Positions 55,030-64,000 of a stretch of 64,000 bases of DNA are shown here, piece by piece. The position numbers and the translations under genes are program-made. Below the pieces are notes generated by a model, which ran no database searches, was not told the origin of the DNA, and was given only the letters and a program-made list of their open reading frames with translations. How positions within the stretch are numbered: position 1 is the first letter of the stretch; each line of letters begins with the position of its first letter. The stretch spans positions 36,952,001 to 37,016,000 of the forward strand of contig OZ024751.1 of the NCBI GenBank assembly GCA_964016885.1, read 5' to 3'. The DNA is from Eledone cirrhosa. Lineage: Eukaryota.

Positions 55030-55555
55030 GACGCCCACCGCCACCACACCACCACCACAACCACTACACAACCACCACACCACCACACCACCACACAACA
55101 ACCACCACCACTACACCACCACAACCACACCACCACACCACCTCCACCACACCACCACATCACCACTGCACCACCACAACACCACACAACAAGCACCTCT
55201 ACCACACCACCACACCACCACCACCACCACTGCACCACCACAACACCACACAACAAGCACCTCTACCACACCACCACACCACCACCACTGCACCACCACA
55301 ACACCACACAGCAAGCACCTCTACCACACCACCACACCACCACCACCACCACTGCACCACCACAACACCACACAACAAGCACCTCTACCACACCACCACA
55401 CCACCACCACCACCACTGCACCACCACAACACCACACAACAAGCACCTCTACCACACCACCACACCACCACCACCACCACTGCACCACCACAACACCACA
55501 CAACAAGCACCTCCACCACACCACCACACCACCGCTGCACCACCACCACCCATCA
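55030..55555. repeat. CAC-rich minisatellite, ~60-bp unit
   Basis: ccactgcaccaccacaacaccacacaacaagcacctct recurs six times. Confidence 0.9.
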
Positions 55556-55868
55556 CTGACACTGCCATTGTAAACATTGTCACCAACACCCCTACCCCCA
55601 ACACAACCACCACCATCACCACCACCACCACCACCACCACCACCACCAATACATCAACAACAACTACAACAATAAACCTTAGCACCTCGCCAACAAAGCA
55701 TCCAATCTCGCTACCACAGCAACTGTCAATAGAATTAGAAGAAACCAGCTTTTCAGACCCACAACATTCCATTTACGCCCATCCCTATAGATTTATTTAC
55801 ATCACTATTGAATATGGTGTCTTTTGCTTTATAAACCCACATGATACCACCACAATACATCTGACACA

Positions 55869-55916
<48 letters not shown>

Positions 55917-55932
55917 GCTGCTACTACTGCTG

Positions 55933-56019
<87 letters not shown>

Positions 56020-56148
56020 GTGCTACTGCTGCTACTACTACTACTACTAATACTACTACTACTACTAGTGCTACTGCTGCTACTACTACTACTACTATTA
56101 ATACTACTGCTGCTGCTACTACTAATACTACTACTAGTGCTACTGCTG

Positions 56149-56187
<39 letters not shown>

Positions 56188-56230
56188 CTACTACTACTAC
56201 TACTACTACTACTGCTGCTGCTGCTACTAC

Positions 56231-56266
<36 letters not shown>

Positions 56267-56494
56267 TGCTACAGCAACTACTGCTAATGCTAGTAGTAGT
56301 AATAATAATAGTAGTAGTAGTGGTAATAGTAGTAGTAGTAGTAGTAGCAGCAGCAGTAGTAGCAGCAGCAGTAGTAGTAGTAGCAGTAGTAGTAGTATAG
56401 TAGTAATGGTAGCTGCATTAGTAGTAGTAATAGTAGTAGTATTAGCAGGAGCAGCAGGAGCAGCAGTAGTAGCAGCAGCAGCAGCAGAAGCAGC

Positions 56495-56533
<39 letters not shown>
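55869..56533. repeat. (CTA/CTG)n switching to (TAG/CAG)n
   Basis: The strand of the trinucleotide tract flips near 56290. Confidence 0.92.
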
Positions 56534-56696
56534 TATTGCTGCTCTTGGTAAACTTTTCTTTTCACCTCCCCATTGTTCCTAGTGTTTTGTTGCAGTAAGA
56601 AAACCTATTGTTGCTTAGTTTACCCATGGCGTGGCCATTTCTCCGCTTTGTTTACTTCAAACTGCATATACATATACACACAAACACACACACATG

Positions 56697-56732
<36 letters not shown>

Positions 56733-56811
56733 TATATAAGTATGCTTACGTACATTTATGTAGTCTGTTATGCTAGAGCGAGAAATAAAATTCTAATTTT
56801 GTATATATATG

Positions 56812-56917
<106 letters not shown>

Positions 56918-57137
56918 TAAACAAATAATGAATAAACAATTCCTTATATTAAACAAAAAAAGTTCATTATTTAACGATCGTTTCTAGGGTATATATGTGT
57001 TATAATCTTGACTCTGTATACCGTTTATCTTTCACCGAAAGTGGTTTTTCATTACATCTCTTCTTTCCATGATATCCGGAATACATTGAGTTCTTCATAC
57101 GGATTGGACACTACCGTAAACTCTTGGTAGATTTATC

Positions 57138-57213
<76 letters not shown>

Positions 57214-57301
57214 CAATAAATGAAACAAACAAAACACATGAGATATATTAGGTTCATGTTTGGAGGAAGTGGAGGGGATTTCAACGGTCCGGATAGAAGT
57301 C

Positions 57302-57336
<35 letters not shown>

Positions 57337-57880
57337 AAATGTTTTTCTCTTCTTCCCTCTGTGTTACTCTATTACTCTTTTCTTCCACACTCTCAATCCC
57401 CTCCATCTAACCACAGTCCACCGCCGCCATTTTTACAGTACATTTTTTTCTCTTATTCTCCTGCTCTTCATCCACTTAACTTAACTATGTTCAACATCAG
57501 CTAGCACAGACGCCATTTTTCTCCTTTCTATTATTTTTGCTCTCGGTCTGACCCTCTCTTCCCAGTTACCTTAGCTATATCAGATATTTGTTTAAAAAGG
57601 TGTAAGTAATTAGGCTGTAAATATCTAATTTACACATGTTTAGTCAGGTAAAATAAATAAAAAAAAGGCACTAAAATCAAATAAACAACACGACACAAAG
57701 GAAAGAGAACGGCTAGAAACACCACCCCACCAAGGCCACACTGTTAAGACCACACCACTAAGACCACACCACCACAAACCCAACCACCAGCAACGCCTAC
57801 AATGTAGAGAGTTTCAAAGATATACGTATGTATGTGTGTTTAGCATTGTGAGTGTGACACCCCCCACACCCACACAAACA

Positions 57881-57939
<59 letters not shown>

Positions 57940-57958
<19 letters not shown>

Positions 57959-58013
57959 AATGTATGTGTATGTGTGTATGTGTCTGCCTCTGTTTACACA
58001 CACATACAGACAC

Positions 58014-58044
<31 letters not shown>

Positions 58045-58093
58045 AATATGTGTATGTGTGTATGTGTCTGCATCTGTTTACACACACACACAC

Positions 58094-58139
<46 letters not shown>

Positions 58140-58283
58140 GTGTATGTGTGTATGTGTCTGCATCTGTTTACACACACACACATATATCTATGTATATATA
58201 TATCTATGTATATATATATACATATATATATAAATGTATGTGTATGTGTGCATGAGTCTGCATCTGTTTACACACACACACAC

Positions 58284-58332
<49 letters not shown>

Positions 58333-58390
58333 AATATATGTCTGCATTTGTTTACACACACACACATATATATATATATATGTATATATA
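57940..58390. repeat. Microsatellite-derived tandem repeat (tgtgtctgcatctgtttacacac), 5 copies
   Basis: Unique core repeated with variable TA/CA spacers. Confidence 0.85.
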
Positions 58391-58897
58391 TTGTATAAAT
58401 TTGCATATATTAAATACAATTGTATAAATTATCTTACACATATATGTAAATATGTACGCATGATTTAGTACACATAAGACATTTACCTAAATATGCGTAC
58501 AATGAGAGATTACACGCATACACACATGCATGAATACGTACGACCATATAAATACACACACACACATATATACACACACACATATATATATATATATATC
58601 CATATAGATATACTCCTATATATGTATATATGTATATGCAAGTGTGTATATATATGTATAAATAAGTGTGTGTATATATGTGTATATGCATTTAAAATAG
58701 TTGTGTGGGTTTCCATATTCGAGTTGAGAATAAAATTAATCATTTTACTATATCTGTAGGCTGAGGTGGAAAATATAAAGAACATACAAACAATGTATAA
58801 ATAATGAGATAATTTATATGTTCGGGTTAGTATATCCGTATACATGTATCCATATAGACATGGAAATATATATGAAGATATATTTACTTATATTTAT

Positions 58898-58960
58898 AAT
58901 TGTTTCTACTTTAGGCACAAGGCCAGCAATTACCCAGTACATTACTGGTACTTTATTTTA
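58898..58960 (-). mobile_element. Severely 5'-truncated SINE S1 with 20-bp TSD
   Basis: tatttacttata(t/c)ttataat at 58881-58900 and 58959-58978. Confidence 0.88.
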
Positions 58961-59020
58961 TTTACTTATACTTATAATGAATACGTAAAATAACTCCATA
59001 TGTATGCATACAAATGTACC

Positions 59021-59058
<38 letters not shown>

Positions 59059-59131
59059 GGTAATCTGTTATTTTAATCTGTTATTTTAATCTGTTATTTT
59101 AATAGCTATTTGCTCTACGGTTCTTATATAT

Positions 59132-59925
<794 letters not shown>

Positions 59926-59953
59926 CACACACATATACGCAGACACACACATA

Positions 59954-60010
<57 letters not shown>

Positions 60011-60080
60011 CTGTGTATATGATTGTGTGTGTGTTTGTATAGAAGTAAGTCTTTGCATAGTACATGCCCCTACTTTATAC

Positions 60081-60245
<165 letters not shown>

Positions 60246-60599
60246 TGAGAGAGAGAGAGAGTCGGTGCTGGAATGCAAGTAGTAAGACGTGTAACATTAT
60301 TCCATGTAAAACATGTTAAATAGACCATAATTAAATTCTCCTGTTCAACAACCAGTGAAATTTTGCACAAACACGGGAAAGGCACTGAGGCTGGTAAGGG
60401 AGAAGGAGGAGAAGGAGGAGAAGGAGGAGAAGGAGGAGAAGGAGGAGAAGGAGGGATATGACGAGGGGGAGGAAGAAGAAGAATATACACCTCTAAACAA
60501 ACATATATAAAATGTGTAGATATAATAAGAATATATAACAGTAATGCAGCAAAAACAACAGGAAACATCCCAATAGTCAGCTAGTTAGTTAAAGTCTGT

Positions 60600-60830
60600 T
60601 CTAAGCTGAACACTCATCAGACGGCTGCTTATCACCGGTTTCCTCGCTGTTATGTGACTGAGAGTACAACACTCTCCCTGGATAGGACGCCAGTGTATCG
60701 CAGGCTTAATTTCCCAGCTACTGCTGGTACTCACTCTCAGCTGAGTGTACTGCAGTAATGTGAAATAAAGTGTTTTGCTCAAGAAGACAACACAACAGCC
60801 TGTCCAGGAATTGAACCGATGACATTACTA
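60600..60830 (-). mobile_element. SINE S2, diverged
   Basis: tgcttatcaccggtttcc...gactgagagtacaa...ggacgccagt...ctggtactca...aagtgttttgctcaagaa aligns with 25345-25601. Confidence 0.83.
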
Positions 60831-61889
60831 TCGTACGGCAAAACATTACCAAAATCAAACGGAAAGCATATGAACAGCCAACAACAACAACACTAAATAA
60901 TGTTCTAACTAATAACAACACTATACAATCTTCTAAAAATATATAATGTTCTATATTCGCTGTAGAATAACCGCTATCTATGGACTGGAATAAATAGTAA
61001 AACATCTATATCTAAAGAATGGTATGCTCATGCGCAAAGATGCTATTTCATGAGATAACCAACCTTGCGCTGTAGTAAAGATAAACTAAATAATTATCAA
61101 TTTCCATTTTGTAATTCTTTTGACACTAAATGCTTTACGTGTTCTACTATAACCATCCTTTTGGTAAGTAGCATTATACGAACTCTCAACCCTAAATACC
61201 AAACTCTTCCCTCAATAAGACTTGGATCTTTAGTCTGTTAAGTCGAGATATTTCTCGTTGTTTCTATCGCTTTCTCTGTTCTTCTATCTCCCTTTAGTCT
61301 GTTAAGCCTAGGTATTTCTCATCGTTTCTTACTCTTTCTCTCTCTCTCTTTCTCTCTGTTCTTCTCGCTCCCTTTATCTCTCTTCCGTGTGATAAATGGA
61401 CTGTTTAAAGTTTACTTCCGACATTTGATATCCGTGAAATAAACGCATTAACATGTTACGGTCATTTCGTGATGTAAGCTCATCACGATTCAAACATGTA
61501 GGTTTTCATGTTATCTGACAATTCAAGTTGATTTCCTCTCACTCTGCTATGGTTTAGTTCTACTTAGCAACTACAAACGAATATTAATTACGTGACATTT
61601 CCAAATTATTATGATTCCAATCCATTGCTGAAACCTTTGAAATTATTCTTCACCGCTTTTCGAATATTTCCGGTCAATCTCTGAAGATTTCCCTTCAAAA
61701 TTTCACTTGATATCCGGCCATCATACCAGAGATTTTAATGATTGTCATACAAAGATTTTCTTCTATATTCATATTCAAGTTTTATATAATTTGTGAAATA
61801 TTTTCATTAAATATTTTCGAATTAGATATCGTTACAAAACCGAGTGAATAGTAGAGTTTCTCTTCTGACATTTGGTGATAATTGTTAAA

Positions 61890-62030
61890 GTCATTAGAAG
61901 GTCGGATAAAATGTTCTGCTGTGTTTGGTGTAGCTTTCTGCTCTCTCTGATTTCAAATTCTGCCGAGGTACACTTTGCTTTCATTCTTTCAAAGTCGATA
62001 AAAAATGTATTACTTCAGTAATGGGGTAGA
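61890..62030 (+). mobile_element. Old degenerate SINE S1
   Basis: ttcaaattctgccgaggtacactttgctttcattc...gtcgataaaa. Confidence 0.6.
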
Positions 62031-63841
62031 TTCTTCTTCTATATCTCTTTCTCCCTCTGTAAACTTCTGTGGAACAAATTGGCTGTGTTCAGACCAGGAG
62101 TGTAGATGAGTTTAACCTGGTTTAAAATGGCCGTATGCCATGACGGCAAGACCAAGTTCCCGAGTACCTTCACCTTCAATGTAGGATTAAGCATCATTGG
62201 TGACAAAAGAATTCCACAAATAAACGTGTGCCTGTGTGTGTGTGTATGTACGTATCTATGTATGAAGTATGGGTAGATGTATTGGCTCAGTCGAAGATAA
62301 CAACTGAAAGCTCATCGTCGAAAGAGACGCAAGATCCACCATCATCATCATGAGTACGATTGAAAATATAGCCCAAACACTGAAACATCCACGTTTCTTT
62401 CCTAAAAGTGGTTTTAATTTTGCAGATATATCTCTAGAACCAGGCACACACCTAGCCACCAATGTAACGTTTCTATCACTATCGCTACTGATCGATAACA
62501 TACGTACAATTAAGATATTGGAAAGTAATTACAGAAGTTTTACATTATTTTCCAAGTTAGTAAGTAAAAAAAAAATGATGATGATGATGTTGACAATGAT
62601 GATAGTAGTAGTGGTAGTAGTAGAAAAGGTAAAGATTTTTCAGCTTGGAAAGGAAATAACTTGCAAAATTTGACAGGTGAGATTTGCTAAGGTGACAGAT
62701 GCTTTAAGAATGAACAATCTTAGTTAGGAACCGTACATTTATTATTTCTTCTGCAGGTGTTACGGTTCTATCCATAGGCAACAGATCTAAGATTTCTAGC
62801 TTACGGGCTTCAGACCATACGTAATCAAGAAAATGTTCAATAGACAAAAGTGAAGAACTAATAATCTTAAATGAAAAAAGTTTTATATAGACATTCGTCG
62901 TTTGAAATAACCTCCGTGTGATAGACTAAATTATGTTTCCTATGGAGAGAACGCCGACGGTACAAATACATAGTAAAATCACTTGGTTTTTCCACCATTC
63001 AAATAATTTGTGATTATGAAAACGTACGAAATGTAATGAATTTCTTATTTTCAAAACGAGGGCAAACGGAGTGTGAAGGAGAATTTCTTATGCAACGCCA
63101 AGAGGAAAATATAATATATTATATTATCTATTGAATATTGGAACTTACGTTAAGACAAATTAAAAGACATAACTATTACATACACACATACACATAGGAA
63201 CACACTCACTCTCACACACACACACACATATGCACTCACACTCACTCACATACATAGAGATATAGATATATGTAGGTATTTACACACATGCATACAGATA
63301 TGCACACACACACATTCATGTAGACATGAACACATATTTATAAATCTGTATATATCAATCTTCTTCCCCTTCTTTCCTTACATATGTAGATATATATTTA
63401 TATAAACACACGCACATATACACACATTATACATACATACACACGTACATACATACACACATATATATATATATGAAGGCATGTATACATATATATGTAG
63501 ACTGAGAGAGAGAGATATGTTCTTTTATCCTAAATATATGCTTGTATATTAAAATAAATGTAGGAATATTAAAAAAAAAACGATATGTATATTAAAGGAT
63601 ATGTTAAGAAAAGTATAAAAGACATAATAACGGAAATATTAAGAGATATGTATATAAAAACATACATCTATATTTATATACCTACTTTAATATTTATAGA
63701 TTATATTTTTTCCTAATATATATGTATTTTATGATCATGTATATACATATAAATATACACAAACATAGACAATCACAAACGCATACATATACGCTTAAAT
63801 AAAATGTGTATTTATGTACACACACACCCACCCACCTCCTT

Positions 63842-63932
<91 letters not shown>

Positions 63933-64000
63933 GTATGTATATATATTTATATATATACGTATATATATATATATATATACGTATATATAAATATATAAAT

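Noticed and set aside
54996-55559. His/Thr/Pro-rich 187-aa ORF
   Set aside because: CAC-rich minisatellite with variable unit length and no splice or start support.
62350-62673. 107-aa ORF
   Set aside because: No recognisable motif, and it runs into ATG/GTA microsatellites.

Overview
Repeat-rich, AT-rich eukaryotic DNA. It is most likely a coleoid cephalopod (octopus-like); this is inferred from the extreme (TA)n/(CA)n/(CTA)n density and the SINE types, not from any database search. There is a 200-N assembly gap at 35268-35467. I find no intact protein-coding gene, and almost all ORF-track entries are microsatellite translations. Supported content: (1) about 20 copies or fragments of one tRNA-derived SINE, several with 12-20 bp target-site duplications (TSDs), and a second tRNA/CORE-like/V-like SINE; (2) 3' fragments of Tx1/L1-type (zf-RVT) and RTE-type LINEs; (3) a Penelope-like ORF N-terminal remnant; (4) a hAT-like MITE; (5) a 43-bp minisatellite of about 61 units with a 301-bp higher-order period; (6) two weak exon candidates. 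The most unusual signal is a set of short elements embedded in (TA)n tracts. They share one layout: a GAAAC motif (in several copies part of a hammerhead-like CTGATGA...GAAAC core) about 90-125 nt upstream of the (TA)n junction. Two of the families carry long fold-back hairpins, and in one family both arms change together between copies.
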